This document shows, piece by piece, positions 13,581 to 25,235 of a DNA stretch of 64,000 nt. Location: contig OX597816.1 in the NCBI GenBank assembly GCA_951406725.2, positions 142,290,001 through 142,354,000 on the forward strand, in the 5' to 3' direction. Positions within the stretch are counted from its first letter, which is position 1. Every line of letters begins with the position of its first letter. The notes under the pieces were generated by a model. The model was not told the origin of the DNA. It made no database searches and saw only the letters and a program-made list of their open reading frames with translations. Source of the stretch: Octopus vulgaris. Lineage: Eukaryota. A program made the position numbers and the translations under genes.

Positions 13581-15208
13581 AGGAACTATTTCATCATCAT
13601 CATCATCCTCTTAACATCCATTTTCCCATGGTTGCATGCATCAGGCAGAATTTTTACAGCTGGATGCCTTTCCTGGTGCCAATCATCACCTGCTTTCAAG
13701 CAAGATAATATTTTCCCATAGCCAGATATGTTCTCATAGATTATTGGAAATGAATGACGCTTATATGACAAGGACAATAATTTTACAACTGTCATGTGAT
13801 GTCAAGAAAAGAAGATACACACACACACATACATTCAAGACTTTCTTTCAGTTACCATTTACCGAATCCACTCTCAAGTTTTTGGTTAGGCTTAGGCTGT
13901 AGTAGAAGTCACTTGCTCAAGGTACCACGCAGTCGGATTGAACCTAGATCTCTGTTGCTGAAAAGCAAACCTCTTACTACACACAGCAAAGTCATAAGTA
14001 TAAGTTAACCATTATTGACCAATATTATATTATGAAATAAAATAAAGTGGGAACTTCTACATGGTCACACAACCAGCTTAAAAATCACTGCATATCAGCT
14101 TAAAAATGAAAAAGACACGTTAGACCATACACACCACTAAAAAGATGGGTTAATCACAGCTAGAATGGCTTTTATAAGAATTGACCTGAGGTTGAACAGT
14201 AACAACTATTGTTGACACTTCTTATTTTTGGTATAAATTATCTAGGGAAATTGTATAAATTCTTAAAATTTTATGAGATGCCATATGTTTTGAGAACTAT
14301 AAATAGAAAACGCTGTAAAAGTTGCAAGGTTACTTTCAGATTTTAAATCTATAATAATCTTCCACAGTTATGCACTTAACTATGCAATGAAATCAAAGCT
14401 GTAATTCAGTATACACACAAATAATGTTTATATTATTCATAAGACAATTGGCTGATCAACTCTGGAACAAAATCAAAAGCATCATCTTTAATAGACACAA
14501 TATTTATATTATGTGTAAGACAATCAACTAGGAAATAAACATTTTAAATTATAAATTTTTAGAATCTTCAGCTTTGTAAAGCAGCAAATGAACTGGGACT
14601 ATGGGGTCAAATCCAGCCATATGTATTTTTCTCTAATGTGAAAATAAGGATGTAGTACAACTTAAGATTCATTAAAGAATTACCAGAAATAACCACATTG
14701 TAACAAAACAGTATTGTAGGTAGCCTATATCTTCAATTTCATTTCAAAGTTAACATTTTTAAAGCATATTCAATGGTTTTAATTATCTAGTTACAATGGA
14801 AAGGCAAAGAAAGCCCCAGCGAATGAAGTATGGTAGCTGCTAGACAGAGATGTAGATTCTAAAAATATATAATTTAAAATATTTCAGGACAGTTTTCTTA
14901 CAAATGCAATAAATAGTATAAATGCTATGCCTATAATAGATTATATCTTTGATTTCATATTTTCTAATGGACAATTCTATGTAGCTCTTTCTTGACCACA
15001 TTCACTTCGTATCTAATGATGGACAAACCTTCAATGACAATGATTATATGAAGGATCCATTCTACGGAGACATCAGGATAGCTTTTAACAGGACATTCAG
15101 CAATCTCATTGTTGCCAATGATTGGAATGCCTGCTCAAGTGCAGCAGATTTAAGCAATAGATGGATCTTCAGTAAATTCATGGTTGATAATCATTGTACT
15201 AATGGGGG

Positions 15209-15364
15209 CACTAGCGTAGTGGGGAGAGGGTCCATGCCTGGGCAACACTTTTAAAGGGGGTGGTACTTTTGGGTCTGCTGTAAGCAATATGTTTTTTTTG
15301 TGGGGTCCAGGGTAGGCAAACAGAAGGGCCACCCCAGGTGGCACAAACTCTAGCATTGCTAGTG
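15209..15364. mobile_element. hAT-type MITE (156 bp)
   Basis: Perfect 8-bp TSD AATGGGGG (15201-15208 and 15365-15372); termini CACTAGC...GCTAGTG. Confidence 0.8.
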
Positions 15365-16725
15365 AATGGGGGACACTTATTAAGCTTTACTCTTGCAAAC
15401 CAATTAATGATAGATAATATCTAGTTTGCACACCTCAGTAGCATCTTATCACATGGTACTCAGATGCTGTCTTCATGGCCAATGAAATGAATTTTTTTTT
15501 GTTTGATATCACTGGTCCACTTGTGTATGCAACTTTCACTCATATGGTGGTGAAGCTGGTAGCAAGAATGGCTCAAATTCCTTTCCGGTACAAGCAACAC
15601 TTTATATAAAGCTGAGGACCAACAAATTGTTCAAAAGTTGACCAAAACATATTGTAAAGCTAAAATGCAGTAACACCGCAATGTGTTTCTTACATTGCAA
15701 AACTGCTTCAATGGCTTGGATACACCATAATGAACTAAACCTTAGGCTGAGAATGAGTGGCACAACCTCAGTTATCATTTGCAAGAAGCAGCAATTCATT
15801 TTTCCTTTTCCTTCTCACCCTCAAATCCTATACTAAATTCACTCTTTTCTCTTCAGAACTGCAATTCTCTGAAACTGCCTCATTTGCCACACTTTTCTAT
15901 GAGAAATTAATCTTCAGATGTTTGAGTTAAACACCAACTATGTTAACTTCAGCAGTATGATAAAGCTTGCAAATGTTGGCTTTAGTAATCAAAAAGCAAT
16001 CCTATACTAGAATGATAATTTCTTTTCATTTCAAGTTCAAAAATCTGTATAGGTCTTTATTATAATTAGCATCTTGATTTTAATTAGCAGAAGATTGCAA
16101 TGTTGTTTGTAATGATTACGTTGATTACCATGACATCATTGTAGTTTGAGTAGATTTCTCTCTATTCAGTTTACCACTAAATTGCAACATGCTCACTGAT
16201 GCTTTTCACCTTTTCTGAGTAATTTAAGGTACCAGACAATTACTTGGAGCAACTCTTTGCTTCTGTTCTCTCTCTCTCTCTCTTATTTATGCATTGGATT
16301 AACTCTTTGGTAGACTCGATGGAAGCAGATGCCAATGAACCAAGCAGCATCTCTAGAAGCCATTTTTTGTTATTATTTTAAAGGCACCATACCATCCTCA
16401 TGAACGGTATTTTAAGCTGTAAGAATAACCAAAGATATTTCCAGTTTAATGATTATACTTTGATTAGTAAAAAACTGCTTTAATTTTGTTTAGATAATAG
16501 TTGCTGGTTTTATATTGTTGACTCTTGTTTAACTTTGGCTGTAAATGGAAGTGACATAGATGATCTCAGGGTTTATTAGGACTAAAAGATAAGTGCTTTT
16601 AAGTGGGTGGGAAAAATTATACTTTAAACATATTATCCATTGTGATTGCAAGGCTGAAAGTGTTTATTCTTGTTGTTAGCTGTTTTATTATTAATCTAAA
16701 ATTATTTCCTTTCATCCTATTACAG

Positions 16726-16953
16726 GTGTGGATATTGCCCAGACATCAGTTGGCCACAACAGTGAGAATGAAATATTGGTAAATGGCTACAAGGAACCAG
16801 GTTCCTATGTACGGCACGTCCGTTATGATACAGGAATTTTAGAACTTGAAGCATTAATTGAACGAGCGACATCCTGTAAACAGTTAATTAGGTACAAATG
16901 CAACAATTCTCTTCTACTGGCTAATTGGGTAACTTTGTTATTCTGGGTAACAG
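16726..16953 (+). CDS. Nrx-IV: Duplicated variant copy of a Neurexin IV/CNTNAP exon (fibrinogen-like region); use in mRNA unknown, could be a pseudo-exon
   Basis: Acceptor tacag|GT at 16725/6 and donor CAG|gtaggt at 16953/4. Near-identical to 17632-17835 apart from a synonymous C/T (16817 vs 17723) and 25 nt (16926-16950) replacing one C, giving ...LLLANWVTLLFWVT instead of ...LLLANP. Confidence 0.55.
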
Positions 16954-16989
16954 GTAGGTGCTTTATTAATTTAGTTAATAATTATTTAT

Positions 16990-17529
16990 CTTCTGGGAAA
17001 GTTTATCCAGTTTCTTCAGAAAAATCACCGAAAGAAACAGTTTTTAAATTTTCACTCCATTCAGGTGCCAAATCATTTTCTTTATCGCTGTCGGAGCTCT
17101 TGGATTCACTGTTTTCACTTTCGGAAAATGAAACATCAGATTCATTATCAAATACCACATGCTTTTTTTTTTCAGTCATAGAGTTAGATTTATGAAGGTC
17201 TTCAGTAGAAAATCCTTCGAATTCTGACTCGCTGCTTGATATAATGAAATTCGTATCCCTTTTTTGTCAGAATTACAAATTTTGAAAACACAATAGGAAC
17301 AAATTTCGGAAAAAAATCTCCCATAATTCACGGAATTAAAATTACACTTCGATTTTTGTACAAAACTGTAGTTGAACTGTTTACAAAGTATAATACGTGT
17401 TTTCACGAATGTACTAAAGAGATTTACTCTGATATTCTCATTTAAATATGAATAGGTAAATTCGGGCGGTTTGGGGCGGCTTGGTCACATTAACCAAAAT
17501 TTTTTTCGGGCGGTTTGGTAACGAAAGGG
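16990..17529 (-). mobile_element. Truncated 5' end of a piggyBac DNA transposon
   Basis: Ends in ...GAAAGGG|TTAA (17530-17533), i.e. TTAA-CCC on the minus strand. Subterminal repeat TTCGGGCGGTTTGG at 17461 and 17505. Minus-strand acidic transposase N-terminus remnant SSSESEFEGFSTEDL...SESENSESKSSDSD...PEWSENLKTVSFGDFSEETG*. No second TIR. Confidence 0.85.
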
Positions 17530-17631
17530 TTAAACATATTATCCATTGTGATTGCAAGGCTGAAAGTGTTTATTCTTGTTGTTAGCTGTTTTATTATTAA
17601 TCTAAAATTATTTCCTTTCATCCTATTACAG

Positions 17632-17835
17632 GTGTGGATATTGCCCAGACATCAGTTGGCCACAACAGTGAGAATGAAATATTGGTAAATGGCTACAAGG
17701 AACCAGGTTCCTATGTACGGCATGTCCGTTATGATACAGGAATTTTAGAACTTGAAGCATTAATTGAACGAGCGACATCCTGTAAACAGTTAATTAGGTA
17801 CAAATGCAACAATTCTCTTCTACTGGCTAATCCAG
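17632..17835 (+). CDS. Nrx-IV: Neurexin IV/CNTNAP internal exon, fibrinogen-like region (204 bp, phase 1-1)
   Basis: VDIAQTSVGHNSENEILVNGYKEPGSYVRHVRYD...LEALIERATSCKQLIRYKCNNSLL resembles Drosophila Nrx-IV (V-G-x-x-EPGS...EALL-R---C-Q---Y-C). Sites tacag|...CCAG|gtaggt; splices in frame to 27337. Confidence 0.95.
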
Positions 17836-18914
17836 GTAGGTGCTTTATTAATTTAGTTAATAATTATTTATTTCCAATGCCCTTTCTTATGTAAGAGATG
17901 CATGTAGTTTGTTATGGGGGTTTTTCTCTCCAATAACCAAATATTACATTTCAGTTGTGTTTTATTTGCTAACTTGCCTGAATAAATTATTAAACACTGG
18001 AAGTATGTTTCATTTCCCTGATTCTACATGAATATCCTGTTGCTACGATGATGAAGGGTATTTAAAAAAAGAAAACAAAAACCTTACCTCTTCTTTAGGT
18101 TTTTACCTCAGACAATCAAGCTTTACCTGCCAGTTGATTCTGCAATTAACTGGTTAATGTATTCACAACCCACCACTACATTGAAGTTTAATCAACACCA
18201 GTGAAACATCTTTGTTACTATTTCATTGGTACAAAAGTATTAAATAAAACTACCTTTTTTTTTTTGTTCTTTTTCATTGTCCCCTATCCTTCTTAGCTCT
18301 GCTGAGGATTGAGAGGAATTTCAATGATATTGATACAATTTATTTGGTGTTTGCAATGTTTTCTTCCTTTGTAGCTTTAAAGTAACCCTAGCTTTTCTTA
18401 AGCAGTCTAACTGTAAGTAAAGGAAAATAATAAAGAAGTTTAACTGAATTGTCAGGAATTAAGCATGAGTTAATCCAAAGTGGAAGTCATTGGGTGATGT
18501 TTTTGATTCTAATAAAGAATTAAAAGTTTGAAGATTTTATATCATTTCAGTATCACAGCAGTAAGATTCTGTTCCACAAGAAAATAATGTACATTATAAA
18601 AGAAATTTATTTAGCACTGATCAAATATTGATCTAATATTTACATTAAGAAAGCTGCTCAACTGACTGCTCAATTTTTCTCTCATTGGCAACTTTCACAT
18701 CCTCGCACAGCAATGTGTTATATCTTCGGTCTCTTCTCTTGGTGGTACAATAGATTTAACTATTTTAAACCTACTGAGCATTTCCTATCTACTACCACCC
18801 AAACTAACTTGGTTCCCTGTTAAATAATAGAATTTTTTACTTAGAAGACTATTTTCCTAGGAATTCCCACTAAATATCAACTTCAGCAATTTTTAGACAC
18901 CCTTTTACACTTTT

Positions 18915-19220
18915 ACATACCGGCATGGGTTGGACAGTTTGACTGAGGGCTGGCAAGCCAGAAGGCTGCACCAGGCTCCAATCTGATCTGGCAAAGTTTC
19001 TACAGCTGGATGCCCTTCCTAATGCCAACCACTCCAAGTGTGTAGTAGATGCTTTTTATGTACCACCAGCACAAGGGCCAGTTTAGTGGCACTGGCATCG
19101 ACCACGCTTGAATAGTGCTTTTTATGTGCCACCAGCCTGGGAGCCAGTCAGGCGGCACTGGCAACAACCATACTTGAATGGTGCTTTTTATGCACCAGTC
19201 AGGCAGTACTGTCATCGGCA
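18915..19220 (-). mobile_element. RTE LINE 3' UTR fragment
   Basis: Highly similar to 6710-7020 (GCTGGATGCCCTTCCTAATGCCAACCACTC). Confidence 0.85.
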
Positions 19221-19581
19221 AACAATAGTAATAGCTGTAGCAATATTAGTTGTGGCATTTTTGGTATTATTAGCAACATTGACTAAATTATTAGTAATAC
19301 TTCAAACGTAGTAATTAAAGGAGCTGTTTATTGCCAGTATAAGAATATATATTTCAACAACCATAATGATAATGCTAATTATTGCAATTAGTGTAAACAA
19401 GATACTTGTTAATACTGTATTAATAAAAAAGAAAAATTTTAAGTTACAATTTAATTTGAAATTTTGGGCACTTTGACCCAAATTATCAACTTAAGAAGAC
19501 AACTTTCAGTGAGTGTCTCCTACAATAGCCCCCAGATTAACCAAAGCTGTCTAAGTGGATTTGATAGACAGAAACTAAAAG

Positions 19582-19770
19582 AAGGCGGTGAGCTGGCTGA
19601 ATCATTAGCACGCCGGGCAAAATGCTTAGCAATATTTCGTCTGCCATTACGTTCTGAGTTCAAATTCCACACTGTTACGCACTGGGGTCATGTAATCGAC
19701 TTAATCCCTTTATCTGTCCTTGTTTGTCCCCTCTATGTTTAGCCCCTTGTGAGCAAAAAAGAAATAAATA
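19582..19770 (+). mobile_element. Relatively young SINE family A copy, internally deleted
   Basis: GGCGGTGAGCTGGCTGAATCATTAGCACGCCGGG...GAGTTCAAATTCC; tail matches the reverse complement of 44656-44760. Confidence 0.85.
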
Positions 19771-19782
19771 TATATATATATA

Positions 19783-20400
19783 CTAGATGTACCCATGACT
19801 CGTTGGGACAGAACCATTCCAAGCTGAAAATGTCAATGCACGGTGGCAAAGGAAAAAATATTTCAAACTTCGTGCAATAAAATTCTTAAATAATACAATA
19901 CTCCTACCTTTAGTTTGACAACATAAACATGACCAAGTGTTTCTTTGAAAACATTCAGATGGCCTTCAACTTTTTTTTCCCTGCCCCTTTTTTTGGGGGG
20001 GGGGGGGCATTCTTTGTTACTACTATTCTAAGTGAAATACATGGGTACTTCAGTATAAAGTAATGTTTTTGCAAAGTCATCATTGATGCACAATGAAAAG
20101 AATGCTGTCAATGTTGTTCTCATATGTCATTAATTGACAGTCAGGTCCTCATTCTTTCTGAGCAATATTCTTTGTTCATCTTGTAGATGAACTTGTAACC
20201 TCACTATTGCAGGTGCTCTTTCATGAAAGTTGTATAAATGATTAAGAGAAGAAAAAAGGCCAGGTGGTAGTAGCTGCGATGGCTCTTTGAAGTGTTACCA
20301 TACATTTTCAACTTGAATTTTCTTTTCTTAAATGGGGAAATGACAGTTTTATTTGTAATCTTTATCATCTTAATCAAAGTGCAGGAAAATAAACTTTGAG

Positions 20401-20430
<30 letters not shown>
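19783..20430 (-). mobile_element. Non-autonomous Helitron with a RepHel remnant
   Basis: Minus-strand 3' end CCCAACGAGTCATGGG hairpin followed by TACATCTAG|T; peptide HERAPAIVRLQVHLQDEQRI (20161-20225) resembles a Helitron RepHel motif; (TA)n 5' region. Confidence 0.75.
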
Positions 20431-20432
<2 letters not shown>

Positions 20433-22103
20433 ATTATTGAACCCATACTAGCATGGAACATGGACATTAAGTGATGATATGAATATGCAAAATAGACTGC
20501 TAATCATATTTTTGAAATTCCAAGTAGCCATCACTCTCTCTCTCTCTCTAGACACATGTATGTATGTAGATTGATAAATAGATAGACAGGCAGGCAGACA
20601 GATAGATGTGTGTATATTTTTAAAATCAACTGCAGTGTATTTGTGATACTATAAATAAAATTACAACTAATATAATTTTAGAATTGAAAATTTTTATTCC
20701 AAAACTAAGTTTTTTTAAAAATTGTATTATTACAAGTATAGAAAGCAAAATAAATAGTTTTCAAGATGCATAAACTCTGGCAAAATATAGAAGACAAAGC
20801 TTCAGTATTGATTAACCTTTGGCATAAATTTTCATGGAATATTTTGCCATTTTATATACCCTACATTTTTTTTTCTTTTTATAAATTTTGGTCTCAATGA
20901 ATTTGCCTTAATTTTAGTTCTTGTGAAAAATAATGTCACTGAGAGTAAAATGAGCTGAAATTAGTGAAGAATAAGGTAACAAAGAAAAATACATACCTAG
21001 AGGGATCCAATTTGATCTCATTTGATTTTTTCTCTCCCTCCCTCCCTCTCTCTCTCTTCTTTAGTTCAAAGCAATGCTGCGTGTCTTGTAGGTAATTAAA
21101 TGCCGAAATAGGCAACCATGAATAGTACAGTGTTTCATGCTACTCAGATTTGTAATAGAATTTGATGTACTGCAAATCTATCAAGCCGACATTATATAGA
21201 TATACTATATTCATACATTATTGTTGTTGTTGTTATTGATCTTGCCGTTTTCTGTTTTATTCATTAAATAATTCTACCTTCGGCAGTTTAAGTGGAGTTT
21301 TTCTTATTCTAGTTCTGATTTCACCTACTTTTATGAGCATGCATGCATTTTACAAAAATGCAACCAATTGTAAAAGCATTGTAAAACTTTTCTATTTCAG
21401 GCTCCTTTGTTTCATTCCCAGTTAACCACTGATCCTTGTATAGAAATTTATCTCTATCAACACATAGCCATTTTAATTCTCCAAAAAAAAAAATATGAGA
21501 CAGATTTTGTTTTATCTGATGATTGTTTTTTTCTTTTTTTTTGGTGTTTTCCTTTCTACAGATAAATTTAAACAAAAATAAAATATGACTTTTAGATTCT
21601 TATTTATGAATTAATACTAAATTTATTTTATTTCTGCATTCCTAAAGTATATTTTTTCCTCATAATTTTGAAATCTAATGTAGATTTTCCCTAAAATTTA
21701 TAAAACTCAGAAAATGCTGAAAATATTTTTAAAAAATGGTTTCTATTTACATTATTTTTGCTCTCTTTCTAAGATTTTCTATGTGAGCATGCTTTCCTAT
21801 GTTAACTTAGATCTATGTACACATTTCCTAGGGTTAGCATAAAAAGGAGTGGGGTTTAACTCTATTATGACTAATATAATTATTCCACTGGCTTAAAAAA
21901 GCATTACATGATTTTTGAATTTATTGGGTATTTCTTTTTAGGAGAACTGATGGCATTAAAAAACATAAGAATATGATGAAAATAAATTTTAATAGATATT
22001 TTTATTAATGCTTTTTTCCTAATAACACAGAATTAATTTCTTGTTCCATTATAATACTGAATGTGTATATTTGTTTATTACATTCATTTTTTCATGCTAA
22101 CAT

Positions 22104-22145
<42 letters not shown>

Positions 22146-22389
22146 CATGGAAAGTGGACGCTGAATGATGATGATGATGATATATATATATATATATATG
22201 TATGTATATGGGAAAGAGAGAATTATTGTGGATGTATGTGGGTATGAATGGGTGTATATTTATATATATATGTTTTGTGTATGTGTGTTTGTCAGAGAAT
22301 TGATTTATGTGACATGCAATTTGGTTTCTGTTAGGACATAATGTCACCTTAGCCCTCTTCGTAATGTGACTACTGAGATGAATTTTATG

Positions 22390-23040
22390 CTTAAGAATAA
22401 TTCAATAAACATAACCTTCATTGGCCTACAGAAAGGCTTCAACAAGATACTATGATTTGTTGTCTGGTAGTCTTTAAAGAAACTAGGTATAGATGACTGA
22501 TTTGTGAGAGCCATTGAGGCCATGTACAGAGATGCAACCAGGAGGATGAGGTTTAGTATTGAGTTCAACAGGTGTCCATCAAGGCTGTTTTCATACTCTT
22601 CAAGGTCATATGAAGAGGAGTTTAAAGCAGGCTATCCCTGGGAACTCCTGTATACTGATGACATATTGAAGAATCAGAGAAATTCTGAGAATGGAAATAA
22701 AGGCTAGAATCAGTGTATAAAATTAAACCTGATATTCTGTTCAGCAGATCAAAAAATTCCAGAATTATCTAGGAAGTGATCATAGTTTATATGCAGAAAA
22801 ATAGTGGGCAGGAACCCCAGTGAAAACTGTGACTGCACAGTAGCATTACAAGCAGAACATTGATAGAGAAGAACACTTTATATTGCAGATTCACAGAAGC
22901 AGCTAACTGTAAGAGTATCTTTCAAGTGTCCGGAAAGCTCACTTGAAGTAGGTGGTAGTTTCTCTTACCAAGGTGGCCTTAGCAGTGAAGCTGAATGTTA
23001 TGAAAGCCTACCAGCTACAGTAAAAACAGGGTGGGAGTGA
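22390..23040 (+). mobile_element. Old, highly degenerate RTE LINE RT fragment
   Basis: EEFKAGYPWELLYTDD, homologous to the LLYADD region at ~7900. Confidence 0.75.
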
Positions 23041-23143
23041 AAACTCTGGAATGCTATATTTACTGTATATATGTCTATACATATATATACCTGTGTACAT
23101 GTGTGTGTGTGAGTCGGTGCATATATGCATACGTGTGTACATA

Positions 23144-24264
23144 TCTAGTATATATAAATCACAGTATGTGCATGTATAATGACTAATGCATACATTTCCA
23201 CAATTCTCAACTGATTTTCACCAAACTTTACACAATCATTACTTATGTCCTAAGGATGGTTATGCACTAAACATTTTGACCAGTGCTCCTGTATAAATGG
23301 ACCTAAATGGGCATAGTTTTTTCTTTGTAGGATCTTCCATACTTTCTCAATCTTTTTAATTAAAGTGAAAGGATTTTGTCTATTCATTTCCACTGTCCAC
23401 TTGCCAGGGTGATTAAATTGACTAGGAACATTGTATGTGATGAATATCCAATACCAAACAATCTTAATCTCCATATTTAAACTACATTAAACTTTGGCAA
23501 GCTTATCTTTACCTATTCTGAGTTACTTGAAAGGTGATGTTCCATTCTCTTTCTTCTACTTGTTCATACCTTTGTTTACCTACCAATGCATTGTTTCACT
23601 TTAAGGATGCTTATTTACCCATCTATTATGAGATTTCGACTGTTGTCTATTGTTTCAAATACTTTCTAGCATTGTTGTTCTAGACTTTTTTAAACAATCA
23701 CATATGATTCATCCCAAAGAATCAACTTTTAAATAAGAGTTTTACTTCCACTGGCAAAAGCTATACATATCTTTCAAAAAGCTCCATACCAATTTAACTT
23801 TATGCAACATTCACTGTTAGTTTATATGCAGGCTACGTGGGAAGATAGAATAAAGGAGCTTTTGTTAGCTTATCTCTCCAAAAAAAATAGCTCCCTTTGC
23901 TGTTGAAAAAAATAAACTTGCAGAGGGGTAGTTACAATGTCTTCCTTCAATTTCATTACACCATTTATGTGGTTGTTTCTCACAGGATATTTCACTTTCA
24001 TACTATATTTTGTAGTCATTATCCATAATCTATTCCCTAAACACTTCAGTAGCTCTACTTTGCATCACTTGCAAACTTGTTCTATGATCATTAAAGTGCA
24101 ATGACCTCCACAATAACCAGCTTTCAATTTGATTTTCCATTCCGAGGCTAATCAGAAATATAGATTGCCATGCTACTCATAAACCTTCTTGGTAGTTCAA
24201 TTATTTGGTGAAAAAATACCACCAAAGTAACTTATGCCTTCCAAAGGACAGGTGCATTTTCTAG
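23144..24264 (+). mobile_element. Probable non-autonomous Helitron
   Basis: Starts A|TCTAGTATATATAAA...ACTGATTTTCACCAAACTTT; ends with a weak hairpin and CTAG|T; no TSD. Confidence 0.55.
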
Positions 24265-24307
24265 TATATATATACTAGTATATATATACACACACACACA
24301 CATACAG

Positions 24308-24635
24308 GTAAAGTTGCATGGTTCAGTGGTTAGAGCACTGGGCTCACAATCATGAGTTTGATTCCCAGACCAGGATGTGTATTGTGTTCTTGAGCAAGAC
24401 ACTTTATTTCACATTGCTCCAGTTCACTCAGCTGTAGAAATGAGTTGCGATGTCAGTGGTGCCAAGCTGTATTGGCCTTTGCCTTTCCCTTGGATAACAT
24501 TAGTGGCATGGAGAGGGGAGGCTGGCATGCAACGGTGAGTGCTGGTCTTCCATAAATAACCTTGTCTGGATTTGTGCCTCGGTGAGGAAATTTGTAGGTG
24601 CAATCCTATGATCATTTATGGCCAAAGGGGGTCAT
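24308..24635 (+). mobile_element. CORE-like tRNA-SINE (family C), near full length
   Basis: TGGTTCAGTGGTTAGAGC, GAGTTTGATTCCC, CTTGAGCAAGACACTTTATTTCAC. Confidence 0.85.
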
Positions 24636-25014
24636 CTATATATAGACATGCTCCACACATGTACATGGGCATATTTGCATATATATATATATATATTCAT
24701 GTGCACATATGTATATATTGTTCAGATATGTCACTGGCAACTCTGTGTCATTTCCCTTGGCTCATTTTTATTTAAATTATGCAAATTACCTCAGTCATAA
24801 GTATTTTACTTTTTTTTTTATAGATGTCTATATCTCTTGACTACTGGAAATAAAGAGGATAGCTGTGCTGGTGTTGCCTATTGAGGCAGGAACACTTGTC
24901 AACAATTCTCTTATCTTCAGATAATAAGTCTCTCCTTTTCTTTAATGGCACTTCAGCTTTGGAGGATTTTTGATTTTTGAGGTTATCTTTCTTTCTCATA
25001 TTGAGGTGGAGATA

Positions 25015-25235
25015 ATATTGATTCCAAATTTTGGCTCAAGGCCAGCAGTTTTGAGGAAGAGGATAGGATGATTACATCAACCCCAGTGTTCCACTGATAC
25101 TTATTCTGTTGACATCAAAAGGATGAAAGACAAAGTTAACCTTGGCAGAATTTGAACTCAGATCATAAAGATGGACAAAATACTGCCGAGCATTTTGCCC
25201 AGTATGCTAGCAATTCTGCCAGCTCACCGCCTTTA
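25015..25235 (-). mobile_element. SINE family A copy
   Basis: Reverse complement of a full unit ending TCTGCCAGCTCACCGCC; flanked by GGTGGAGATAATATT on both sides (TSD). Confidence 0.8.

Noticed and set aside
16954-17195. 155-aa ORF 16728-17195 as a novel exon-transposon fusion protein
   Set aside because: The extension is read-through past the donor into the antisense strand of the piggyBac remnant; no evidence of use.
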